A stretch of 64,000 nucleotides of DNA from Gammaproteobacteria bacterium (GTDB lineage: Bacteria; Pseudomonadota; Gammaproteobacteria; JABABF01), in contig OZ250153.1 in the NCBI GenBank assembly GCA_965237805.1, positions 800,001-864,000 of the forward strand. Reading direction: 5' to 3'. Of this stretch, positions 1-8,622 are shown piece by piece. The first letter of the stretch is position 1; every line of letters starts with the position of its first letter. Both the position numbers and the translations under genes were made by a program. The notes below the pieces were generated by a model. The model was not told where the DNA came from, did not search any database, and saw nothing but the letters and a program-made list of their open reading frames with translations.

Positions 1-1
1 G

Positions 2-244
2 CCGATCAACAGCAGCGCGGCACATATGCGCTTCACCTTCATCCAAAAGAAATCAGACGAGGACAACGGAATCGCCAAAGGGCTAATCCGCGACATCGTC
101 AAGCAGTTTGAAGAAGACAAGCCGATCTGGGAGCACAAGCGCTACCGCCCGCTACCGATACTGTGCGACGGTGACGGCCCCATCGCCCGCTTCCGCAAGT
201 GGTACAGCCAGTTCTACCCCGGCTTCGATGTGGCGACGCTGTAA
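2..244 (+). CDS. Rieske non-heme iron oxygenase, KshA/Neverland-like, C-terminal part (5' truncated by window edge)
   Basis: Frame open from base 2. Ends FEEDKPIWEHKRY..LCDGDGPIARFRKWYSQFY, the KshA-type C-terminal motif. Last 53 aa are identical to the next gene. Confidence 0.85.
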   Translation, partial: PINSSAAHMRFTFIQKKSDEDNGIAKGLIRDIVKQFEEDKPIWEHKRYRPLPILCDGDGPIARFRKWYSQFYPGFDVATL

Positions 245-263
245 GCGGCAGCCAGCACTTCCG

Positions 264-1313
264 ATGCACCCCAGCCACAGCTTAGGCGATGCCAGCATCG
301 CGCGGGCAGAGTACGAGAACCTGATAGGCCGCTCGCGGCCACGCTATCAAATGCCCATGCCGATGGGTTGGTATTGCGTCGATTATTCCAACGCGCTGAA
401 GATCGGCGAATCCAAGCCCTTGCGCTATTTCGACACCGACTTGGTGCTGTTCCGCACCGAGTCTGGCCGCGCCGTGTTGCTCGATGCCTACTGCCCGCAT
501 CTGGGTGCCCACCTCGGCTACGGCATCCACGAGGAAGTCGGCACCGGCGGGCGCATCGAGGGTGAGACCATCGTCTGCCCCTTCCACGCCTGGCGCTTCA
601 ACGCCGAGGGCGAGTGCGTGGAGGTGCCCTATGCCAGCAAGGTGCCGCCCAAGGCCGCCGACAAACCCTGCATCCGCGCATGGAATGTGCGCGAAGTCAA
701 CGGCACAATTTCCGCTTGGTACCACCCCGAAGGGGCCGACCCACTGTGGGATGTGATCGAGCACGAAGAGGCCAACAGCGAGGAATGGGGCGCTCAGCAG
801 CGCTTCGAGTGGACGGTGCGCACCCACATGCAGGAGATGGGAGAGAACGGTGCCGACCCAGCGCATTTCCTCTATGTGCACCGCGTCCACGACATGCCCC
901 AGTGGGAGATCAAATACAACGGCCACCAGTCAAGCGGTGTGCAGAATGTCAATTTCCGCACACCGCGCGGGCCGGTTGCCGGCTCCATCGCCTCCAAGAT
1001 CAACGGCCCCGGCCAGAGCACAACACGCTTCAGCGGCCTGTGCGAGACCTTCCAGATGGGCTTGACGACACCGATCGACAACAACACGGCGCATGTGCGC
1101 TTTATCTTCATCCAGGCAAAAGCCGACGAGGGCAACAACATCGCCAAGGCGCTGATCCGAGACATCGTCAAGCAGTTTGAGGAAGACAAGCCAATCTGGG
1201 AGCACAAGCGCTACCGCCCGCTACCGATACTGTGCGATGGCGACGGCCCCATCGCCCGCTTCCGCAAGTGGTACAGCCAGTTCTACCCGGGCTTTGATGT
1301 GGCGACTCTGTGA
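264..1313 (+). CDS. Rieske [2Fe-2S] oxygenase, 3-ketosteroid-9alpha-hydroxylase A / cholesterol 7-desaturase-like
   Basis: Rieske ligands CPHLGAH..CPFH; mononuclear Fe motif ENGADPAHFLYVH; C-terminal EDKPIW..DGPIARFRKWYSQFY. Start set at ATG 264, after the upstream stop at 244. Confidence 0.88.
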   Translation: MHPSHSLGDASIARAEYENLIGRSRPRYQMPMPMGWYCVDYSNALKIGESKPLRYFDTDLVLFRTESGRAVLLDAYCPHLGAHLGYGIHEEVGTGGRIEGETIVCPFHAWRFNAEGECVEVPYASKVPPKAADKPCIRAWNVREVNGTISAWYHPEGADPLWDVIEHEEANSEEWGAQQRFEWTVRTHMQEMGENGADPAHFLYVHRVHDMPQWEIKYNGHQSSGVQNVNFRTPRGPVAGSIASKINGPGQSTTRFSGLCETFQMGLTTPIDNNTAHVRFIFIQAKADEGNNIAKALIRDIVKQFEEDKPIWEHKRYRPLPILCDGDGPIARFRKWYSQFYPGFDVATL

Positions 1314-1559
1314 GAAATAAAATCGAAAATTAGAAGATGAACGTCGCCGCTCGAACATCCCGACCTGCGCCTCGCCCGGCGCGCACACACCATCGCAAAC
1401 TTGGCTCGTGTCATCAGTGAGCGAAAGGTCAAGGTTGGTATCCGAAGAACCTTATGTGCACAGTCAACACGGTTGGAACAGCTGGCGAAAACTCGATTGG
1501 ATTCATTCAGCGACATCATCGATTGAAGACTCGCTCTTATAGGCAACAGGAGCTCCAAC

Positions 1560-2618
1560 ATGCCCCTATTGACCCGTAGCACTGGCAGCGATGCCTCGGC
1601 GCATAGCGAATACCGCCAACTGATCGCCGTCGAGCGCCCCGCCACGCCGATGCCGATACCCTTTGGCTGGTACTGTGTGCTGTACTCGGATGAGCTGCAA
1701 GCGCAGACTTCGATGCCACTCAAATACTTCGACACCGATCTGGTGCTGTTCCGCACTGAGTCGGGCCGTGCCGTGCTGTTCGATGCCTACTGCCCACACC
1801 TCGGTGCCCACTTAGGCTACGGCATCCACGAGGACATCGGCCATGGTGGGCGCATCGAAGGCGAAACCATCTCCTGTCCCTTCCACGGCTGGCGCTTCAA
1901 TGTGGACGGCGAGGTGGTCGAGATCCCCTACGCCGAGAAGATCCCGCCCCGAGCGCGCGGCAAGCGCTGCATCCGCTCGTGGCCAGTGCAAGAGTCAAAC
2001 GGTGCCATCTACACTTGGTACCATCCGGAGCAGATCGAACCGCTGTGGGAGCTGCCCGACCATCCAGAGGCCTCCAGCGAACAATGGAGCGCGCAAGAGC
2101 GCTACGAGGGCTTGGTGCGTACCCACATCCAAGAGATGGCTGAAAATTCAGCCGATATGGCGCACTTCGTCTTTGTACACCGCACCGCCGACATGCCGAA
2201 TTGGGATATCCACTACAACCAGCACACCTCCAAGGGCGATCAGAAAATGCGCTTCCCCACTCCCAAGGGTGTGGTCGACGGCAGCGTCCTCACCTATGCC
2301 AACGGCCCGGGACATACCACCACCCGCTTCACCGGTCTGTGTGAGACTTTCCTGCTCGGCCTGCCGACACCGGTCGATGCCAACATGGTGCATATGCGCT
2401 TCGCCTTCACCCAACAACGCGGCGATGAGGATAACCAGCTGGCCAAGGCGCTGATCAAAAACTTGGTCAGCCAATTCGACGAGGACAAGCAGATCTGGGA
2501 TCGCAAACTCTACCGACCCGCGCCGATGCTGTGCGACGGCGATGGCCCGATCATGCGCTTTCGCAAGTGGTACAACCAGTTCTACCACGACTTCGAGTCG
2601 GCAGAGTCCACAGCTTAG
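1560..2618 (+). CDS. Rieske [2Fe-2S] oxygenase, KshA/Neverland-like (third paralog)
   Basis: CPHLGAH..CPFH, ENSADMAHFVFVH, EDKQIW..DGPIMRFRKWYNQFY; AGGAG RBS before the ATG. Confidence 0.88.
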   Translation: MPLLTRSTGSDASAHSEYRQLIAVERPATPMPIPFGWYCVLYSDELQAQTSMPLKYFDTDLVLFRTESGRAVLFDAYCPHLGAHLGYGIHEDIGHGGRIEGETISCPFHGWRFNVDGEVVEIPYAEKIPPRARGKRCIRSWPVQESNGAIYTWYHPEQIEPLWELPDHPEASSEQWSAQERYEGLVRTHIQEMAENSADMAHFVFVHRTADMPNWDIHYNQHTSKGDQKMRFPTPKGVVDGSVLTYANGPGHTTTRFTGLCETFLLGLPTPVDANMVHMRFAFTQQRGDEDNQLAKALIKNLVSQFDEDKQIWDRKLYRPAPMLCDGDGPIMRFRKWYNQFYHDFESAESTA

Positions 2619-2699
2619 CGGAGACAGCGGGGCTCGCTCCCGCACACGGATTCCCCGCTTGATTGATTGTGGCGGCGGCAAGCAGCCGCGCAACTCAGC

Positions 2700-3182
2700 T
2701 CAGAGTTGTTTGAGCACTTCCTCAGCGGCACTGGCGGTGATGCCGACGCCGTCTGGCTCCAAGCCAGCATGGGTCACCACACCATCTTCGATCACCAAGG
2801 CGTAGCGCTTGGAACGCACGCCGAGGCCGAAAGCAGTGGCATCTAACTCCATGCCCAAGGCGCGGGTGAACTCGGCGACACCATCGGCCGCCATCACCAG
2901 TGCAGCGGCATTCTTGTCCTTGCCCCAAGCGTCCATGACATAGGCGTCGTTCACCGACAGGCAGACGATGCGGTCGACACCGCGTTCCTTGATCTTGTCC
3001 GCCAGCGCAACATAGCCCGGCAAGTGCGCCATCGAACAACCCGGCGTGAACGCCCCCGGTACCGCGAACAGCACCACCTTGCCAGTGCCGAGCAACTCTG
3101 CCGTCGGCGCATCCTGCGGCCCTTTCTCGCCCATCACTTTCAAAGTTGCCTCTGGCACCTTGTCTCCAACCTGCACACTCAC
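2700..3182 (-). CDS. Peroxiredoxin, Prx5 (type II) subfamily
   Basis: VPGAFTPGCS..HLPGY peroxidatic motif, SVND.YVM.AW, RSKRYA. Confidence 0.93.
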   Translation of the reverse strand: MSVQVGDKVPEATLKVMGEKGPQDAPTAELLGTGKVVLFAVPGAFTPGCSMAHLPGYVALADKIKERGVDRIVCLSVNDAYVMDAWGKDKNAAALVMAADGVAEFTRALGMELDATAFGLGVRSKRYALVIEDGVVTHAGLEPDGVGITASAAEEVLKQL

Positions 3183-3315
3183 GCTATTTTCCCTACGATG
3201 TTGTCGCCACGATATGAGCGGTCATTGTAACCACATCGGTATCGGTGATACGGCGTGCCGGGCTGTCAGTACACAACACCATATAATCGCCAGACGGTTC
3301 GCTACAGCCGATGTC

Positions 3316-4491
3316 ATGGCCATCATCCTGTGTCTGAGTACCCAAGAGATCCGCCAACCGCGCTTGGGCGGCCAACGCAGCGTCGACGGTAGCTTGCGGG
3401 CACTGGTTGCCGCCGGTCACGAAGTCGTTTACCTATGCCCGCAACACGAAGCGGTGGATGTGGAGCTGGCTCCGCGACTGCGCATCATCGGCGTGCCGAC
3501 GCGCCCACGAGAGGGGCTGCGTAGCCTGCTCTACAGCCTGTGGCATCGCCTGCCCTACAAATTCGCCAAATACCACAGCGCCGCGCTTCGACAAGCGGCG
3601 GTGGCTGCCGGGCACAGCACCGGTGCCGAGTGGCTGCTGATACACGGCAGCCACTTGGGACGGCTGGGGCTCGAAGTCGCACAAGAGCTGGAAATTCCGG
3701 CCGTGTTGCGCCCGCACAACCTCGAATACCGCTTGGTCGAGCAGTACGCTGCCGAGCTGCCACAACCGCTACGGGCGGCGGCGCGCTGGCAGGCATGGCT
3801 GACACGGCGCTGCGAGCAGGCGCTGTGGCAAAAATATGATCACTGCTGCTTTATCTCCGATTCGGATCGGCAACAGGCAGTAGGCATCGCCCGCGACGCG
3901 CGTTGCGTCTACGATGGCATCGCACCGCCACCACCACCGCCCGACAGCCCGCCACCACCCATGTCGTTCATCATGAGCGGCCTGCTGTACACGGCAGCGA
4001 ACAAACACTCGATCCGCTGGTTCCTGCAACAGCTGTGGTTGCCGCTGTGGCGAGATGGACGCCTCAAGGGAGCCACGCTGAGCATCACCGGAGAGTCGGC
4101 GGAGCTGTATCAGCTAGCGGATGTGGGGTCGCAACTCCATGCTGGCCACGGCATCCGCCTGACCGGCGTGGTGCCCGATTTCCAACACGAGGTGGCGCGC
4201 CACGCCTGGTTCGTGTCGCCCACCCGAATCGGCTCTGGCTACCGATTCAAGGTCATTGAGGCCGGTGCTGCGGGCGCTGCGCTACTGCTCTGCCCACTGG
4301 ATGTGCAGATGCTTGATTTCCTGCGCGATGGCTATAATTGCCGCCAATTCGATGATGCTGGAAGTTTTATGCAAGTGCTCGCGCTCGCGGCAGCTGAGCG
4401 GGACAGCTTGCGTCGCCAGTTCGCCACCGATCTGCAGGCCACGATGGACTGGTCGCGCCATGCCGAGCAACTGCTGGACTGCGTCGCATGA
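3316..4491 (+). CDS. Glycosyltransferase family 4-like (GT-B)
   Basis: GG..L.AAGHEV N-terminus, HNLE motif, SP..IGSG.RFKVIEA C-terminal motif. TATAAT at 3282-3287 supports the start at 3316. Confidence 0.75.
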   Translation: MAIILCLSTQEIRQPRLGGQRSVDGSLRALVAAGHEVVYLCPQHEAVDVELAPRLRIIGVPTRPREGLRSLLYSLWHRLPYKFAKYHSAALRQAAVAAGHSTGAEWLLIHGSHLGRLGLEVAQELEIPAVLRPHNLEYRLVEQYAAELPQPLRAAARWQAWLTRRCEQALWQKYDHCCFISDSDRQQAVGIARDARCVYDGIAPPPPPPDSPPPPMSFIMSGLLYTAANKHSIRWFLQQLWLPLWRDGRLKGATLSITGESAELYQLADVGSQLHAGHGIRLTGVVPDFQHEVARHAWFVSPTRIGSGYRFKVIEAGAAGAALLLCPLDVQMLDFLRDGYNCRQFDDAGSFMQVLALAAAERDSLRRQFATDLQATMDWSRHAEQLLDCVA

Positions 4492-5282
4492 ATAAAAAGC
4501 CAGCGGTCTCCATCCTGATGCCGAACCGGAACATGTCGGCATGGATTGATCAGGCGATCGACTCGATCCGCCAACAAAGCTTCGAGGATTGGCAGCTGAT
4601 TGTCATAGACGATGGCTCCAACGACGATTCTCCACAACGGGCAGCGCGCCACTGTGCCGAGGACTCCCGCATCGAACTGCTACGATTACCGCGCAGCCTC
4701 GGCCCACGCGAAGCCCGCAACCGGGGGACCAGCCTCGTCCGGGGCCAATATGTCGCCTTTCTGGACAGCGATGACTATTGGCTACCCAACAAGCTGGAGC
4801 TCCAAGTGGCCGCGATGCGAAGCAGCCGTGCCACCCTGTGCTACGCCGCCTACCGCCGCATCGATGAAAATCAGCAGCTGATCAACGAGATGGACGTACC
4901 CGCAACCATCACATACCAGCAACTGCTCTATCTCAATGTCATCCACACTTCCACCGCCATCTACGATCGGGAGCAGGCTGGCAATACCTACAACTTCCAC
5001 CCGATGGGCACCTGCGACTACATTCTGTGGCTACACCTATTGCGCCAGTACGGCCCGGCCATCGGTGTGCAACAACCGCTGGCGGTCTACCGTATGCGCA
5101 ACACCTCAGTATCAAGCAACAAGTTCCGCGCCGCCATGCAACGCTGGCAGGTCTATCGGCGTAGCGAGCGCATGGGCTGGATGCACAGTAGCCTCTGCTC
5201 AACCGTCTATATCGCACGAGCCTTGATGCGCGACCTGCCGCACCGAGGCCTCATGCTCGGCATCGGCACCAAAGCACCCTGA
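4488..5282 (+). CDS. Glycosyltransferase family 2 (TuaG-like)
   Basis: VSILMP..N, IDDGSND, ARNRG, AFLDSDD.W.P.KLE.Q; ATGA overlap with the upstream gene. Confidence 0.9.
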   Translation: MNKKPAVSILMPNRNMSAWIDQAIDSIRQQSFEDWQLIVIDDGSNDDSPQRAARHCAEDSRIELLRLPRSLGPREARNRGTSLVRGQYVAFLDSDDYWLPNKLELQVAAMRSSRATLCYAAYRRIDENQQLINEMDVPATITYQQLLYLNVIHTSTAIYDREQAGNTYNFHPMGTCDYILWLHLLRQYGPAIGVQQPLAVYRMRNTSVSSNKFRAAMQRWQVYRRSERMGWMHSSLCSTVYIARALMRDLPHRGLMLGIGTKAP

Positions 5283-5288
5283 TCCCAC

Positions 5289-6095
5289 ATGGGCAATCAA
5301 GCCACCTCAGAGGCCTTTGAGCTGACACTGCCCGAGACCCCCGCAGCACAGCTCCAGCAAGTGGAAGTGGGCTGGGTGCTGCCCACATTCAACCGCCCCG
5401 ACTATCTGCGCCGTTGCCTTGTATCCCTTCGGCAGGGGCGTTACGAGCGGGTGGCGCTAGTCATCGTCGACGATGCCAGCGACGATCCCGACACACAGCG
5501 CTTGGTCGCCGAGTTCAAGCTGCCCGGTGTGCCGGTGTTCCGCGCCAGCCGACGGCGCAAGGAGGGCTTCTTGGTGCACGAGAATCTGCGCTTCAGCTGG
5601 GATCTGCTATGCCGCCATACCGCCTGCTCACAACTGTGCGTGCTGGACAGCGACACCGTCGTGCGACCGCACTGGCTCGAGCAGCTACGCGCCAGCTATC
5701 CGGTGCTGTGCAAGCGCTACGGCAGCTTGCTACTCAGCGGTTTCAACGCACTCGAGCACCCCGCAGTGCGCAATGAACGCGACCACTGCCTCAAGCACCG
5801 TGTCGGCGGCTGCAACCTGTACTTCAGCCGCGCCATCTACGAGGATTGGCTGCGTTCGAGCTTGGCCGAGCACTGGGACTGGCGGGTGGTGGATCAGGCG
5901 CAGGAACGCAAAATTACCATCGCCTGCCTACGCCCCTCGGTGGTACAACATATCGGTCAGCACGGCATCTGGTCGAGCGGCTTGACCAGTTTTGACTTCG
6001 CCCCCGATTATTTTCTCGGTGCCAATCCGGCGGCGACGCTGCTCGGCTACGCGATGCGCGCGCTGCGAAAGATTCCCGGCATCAGTCGCCGCTAG
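5289..6095 (+). CDS. Glycosyltransferase family 2
   Basis: PTFNRPDYL..CL.SL, IVDDASDD, LDSD (DxD), VQHIG. Confidence 0.8.
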   Translation: MGNQATSEAFELTLPETPAAQLQQVEVGWVLPTFNRPDYLRRCLVSLRQGRYERVALVIVDDASDDPDTQRLVAEFKLPGVPVFRASRRRKEGFLVHENLRFSWDLLCRHTACSQLCVLDSDTVVRPHWLEQLRASYPVLCKRYGSLLLSGFNALEHPAVRNERDHCLKHRVGGCNLYFSRAIYEDWLRSSLAEHWDWRVVDQAQERKITIACLRPSVVQHIGQHGIWSSGLTSFDFAPDYFLGANPAATLLGYAMRALRKIPGISRR

Positions 6096-7197
6096 TCGAC
6101 TCCGAGGCTCCTAGCTCGGCGAGGCTACGCGCCCGATGGTCACTGGCAAGGGCCTCGAAAATCTGCTCTAGATGACCGTCTAACACCATGGGCAGCTGGT
6201 GCAGAGTCAGACCGATGCGGTGGTCGGTGATGCGTCCTTGGGGAAAGTTGTAGGTGCGTATGCGCTCGGAACGGTCGCCACGACCGACCATGTTGCGGCG
6301 CTGTGCCGCCTGCGCTTCGTTGCGCTCGGCCCGCGCCCGGTCGAGCAGACGGGCGCGCAACAACTCCATGGCGCGCAATCGGTTCTGCATCTGCGAGCGC
6401 TGTGCTTGGCACTCCACAACCACGCCGGTAGGCAGATGCGTCAAGCGCACGGCAGAATCTGTCTTGTTGACATGCTGCCCACCGGCACCCGAGGCGCGAA
6501 AAGTATCCACCCGCAGCTCGGATTTGTCGATCTCTATCTCATCGATCGCCCCCGCCGCTGGCAGCACCGCCACCGTGCAGGCCGAGGTGTGCAGACGCCC
6601 TTGGGACTCGGTGGACGGCACGCGTTGCACACGATGGACACCGGACTCAAAGCGCATCGCTGCGTAGCTGCCGTCGCCGACCAAACGACTGATCAATTCC
6701 TTGTAGCCACCGTATTCGCCAGTGCGCTGGCTCAGCAGCTCTAGCTGCCAACCCCGACGCTCGGCGTGCCGTGCGTACATGCGGAACAAATCGCCAGCAA
6801 ACAATGCCGCTTCCTCACCACCCGTGCCGGCGCGGATCTCCAAAAAAAGCTCGTTGGCGTCGGCGCCTTCCTCCGCCGCCGCACGTTTGAGCAACAGCCT
6901 CCGCAGGCGCTCCATCAAGTCGCTGCGCGCGCTGTCGATGCTACGCAACTCCTCCGCGGCCATGTCCCGCACTTCGCTGTCGGCATCGCTGAGCAGCGCA
7001 CGTGCGCCCGTCTCGTCCTCGCCCAGCTGGCAGTATTCCCGGTAGAGTTTTGCCAACGGTGCCAAGACAGACAGCTCACGCGACAGCTGGGTCAGCACAG
7101 CTGGCTTGCACAAGGCTTCGGGAGAGGCTAAGCGCCGTTCCAACTCCGAGTGGCGACGATGGATGCTCTGCAGCTGAGCGATCAGCATCTCTGTCAC
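6082..7197 (-). CDS. prfA: Peptide chain release factor 1
   Basis: EIRAGTGGEEA, GVHRVQRVPST (PxT), GGQHVNKTDSA, RSERIRTYNFPQ; follows hemA. Confidence 0.97.
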   Translation of the reverse strand: MTEMLIAQLQSIHRRHSELERRLASPEALCKPAVLTQLSRELSVLAPLAKLYREYCQLGEDETGARALLSDADSEVRDMAAEELRSIDSARSDLMERLRRLLLKRAAAEEGADANELFLEIRAGTGGEEAALFAGDLFRMYARHAERRGWQLELLSQRTGEYGGYKELISRLVGDGSYAAMRFESGVHRVQRVPSTESQGRLHTSACTVAVLPAAGAIDEIEIDKSELRVDTFRASGAGGQHVNKTDSAVRLTHLPTGVVVECQAQRSQMQNRLRAMELLRARLLDRARAERNEAQAAQRRNMVGRGDRSERIRTYNFPQGRITDHRIGLTLHQLPMVLDGHLEQIFEALASDHRARSLAELGASESTSGD

Positions 7198-8555
7198 GAT
7201 GGCCCCTTGGGCGAGTCGACAGCTGGGGTGATAGCGGGGCTATCCGGCTCGACCGGACCATCAGCAATGGCCTCGTCGGCAGCTGGCGCACCGTCACGCA
7301 CGCCCCGTAGCAAATGCAGCAGCTCCGTGCGCGCAGTCTCAAAATCAGCTCCCTCACGTTCAGCAAAAACGCGCCGTATATGGGCGCTGGGCGCATGCGT
7401 CAACTTGCGCGTCAAGGTGTGTGCCAGTAGCTCGAGTACCGTGTGCGGCTCGATACCATTGTCTAGCTGATTCAGCGCACGAGCCAAAGCCACATCGCGC
7501 TGCTGCTCGGCCTGCTGGCGGTAGCTGGTAATCAACGCACCCGCTGCCCGCTGCCGCTCGGCACTGCGGTAGGCCACCCGTCCCGTCTCCAGCAGCGCCT
7601 CGGCCTCCGGCAGCTCGGCCGCACGACGGCGACGACTCTCCTCCAGCTGCTGCCACAGGTCATCGAGGCTGTAAAGGTAGACATTATCCAGCGTGTGGAC
7701 TGCGGGATCAACATTGCGCGGCACGGCGAGGTCAACGATCAGCAACGGACGCTGCGACGGGCGCGGTCCGGCGCGCTCCACATCGGCACGGCTCATCAAC
7801 GCAGCCGAGCTGCCAGCGCCGCAGATGATGATATCGGCCTGCCCGAGCGCCGATGACAACTCCGCCAATGGCAGGTAATCGGCCGACAGCGAGCGCGCCA
7901 GCTCGGCGGCCGTGTCTTGGCTGCGATTGGCAATGGTGATGCTCCCCACACCGCTGTCGCCAAAATGCTTCAGCACCGAGCGGACGATGTCGCCGACCCC
8001 GACCGCCAGCAGCTGCAGCTGCCCCGTCTCGGTAAATATTTGAGCCGCCAGTGTGGCGATAACCGAGGGCAGGGAGACCGGGTGGCGACCGATCGATGTC
8101 TCGGTGCGCACCTGTTTGGCGACACGGAATAGCTGCTGGAAAACCGGATCCAGCATCGGGCCGACCAAGCTGTGTTGCCGAGCCTGCGCCACGGCTTGCT
8201 TCATCTGTCCCAAGATCTGCGTTTCGCCCAACACCATCGAATCGATGCCTGAAGCGACACGCATACCGTGCAACACGGCATCATCACCCCGATAGTGGTA
8301 GGCCTCGCGCTGCAGACGGCCAGCGGCAATGGCACCGCGCCTTTCCAGCCAGCTCAACAGGGCATCGGATGGTGCTGCGCCAGCATGGTAGAGCTCGGTT
8401 CGGTTACAGGTGGACAATAGTACGCACTCGTCCAGCGCTGGCAGCTCAGCGAGGGCGCGCAAGGCATCTGGCAACTCATCGGCGGTGAAGGCCACGCGTT
8501 CGCGTAACCAGATCTCGGCTCGCCGATAGTTGATCCCTGTAACCGAAAAAGACAT
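7194..8555 (-). CDS. hemA: Glutamyl-tRNA reductase
   Basis: STCNRTE, SGIDSMVLGETQILGQ, DLAVPRNV; start set at ATG 8555. Confidence 0.95.
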   Translation of the reverse strand: MSFSVTGINYRRAEIWLRERVAFTADELPDALRALAELPALDECVLLSTCNRTELYHAGAAPSDALLSWLERRGAIAAGRLQREAYHYRGDDAVLHGMRVASGIDSMVLGETQILGQMKQAVAQARQHSLVGPMLDPVFQQLFRVAKQVRTETSIGRHPVSLPSVIATLAAQIFTETGQLQLLAVGVGDIVRSVLKHFGDSGVGSITIANRSQDTAAELARSLSADYLPLAELSSALGQADIIICGAGSSAALMSRADVERAGPRPSQRPLLIVDLAVPRNVDPAVHTLDNVYLYSLDDLWQQLEESRRRRAAELPEAEALLETGRVAYRSAERQRAAGALITSYRQQAEQQRDVALARALNQLDNGIEPHTVLELLAHTLTRKLTHAPSAHIRRVFAEREGADFETARTELLHLLRGVRDGAPAADEAIADGPVEPDSPAITPAVDSPKGPS

Positions 8556-8622
8556 TACTCTATTAGGGAGATGGCCTAAAACCCCACAGTGTATTTTAAC
8601 CACTGCGCCACCGAGTCTCACC

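Noticed and set aside
108-263. N-terminal extension of ORF 108..1313
   Set aside because: It overlaps the upstream Rieske gene in another frame; similarity to paralog 3 begins near ATG 264.
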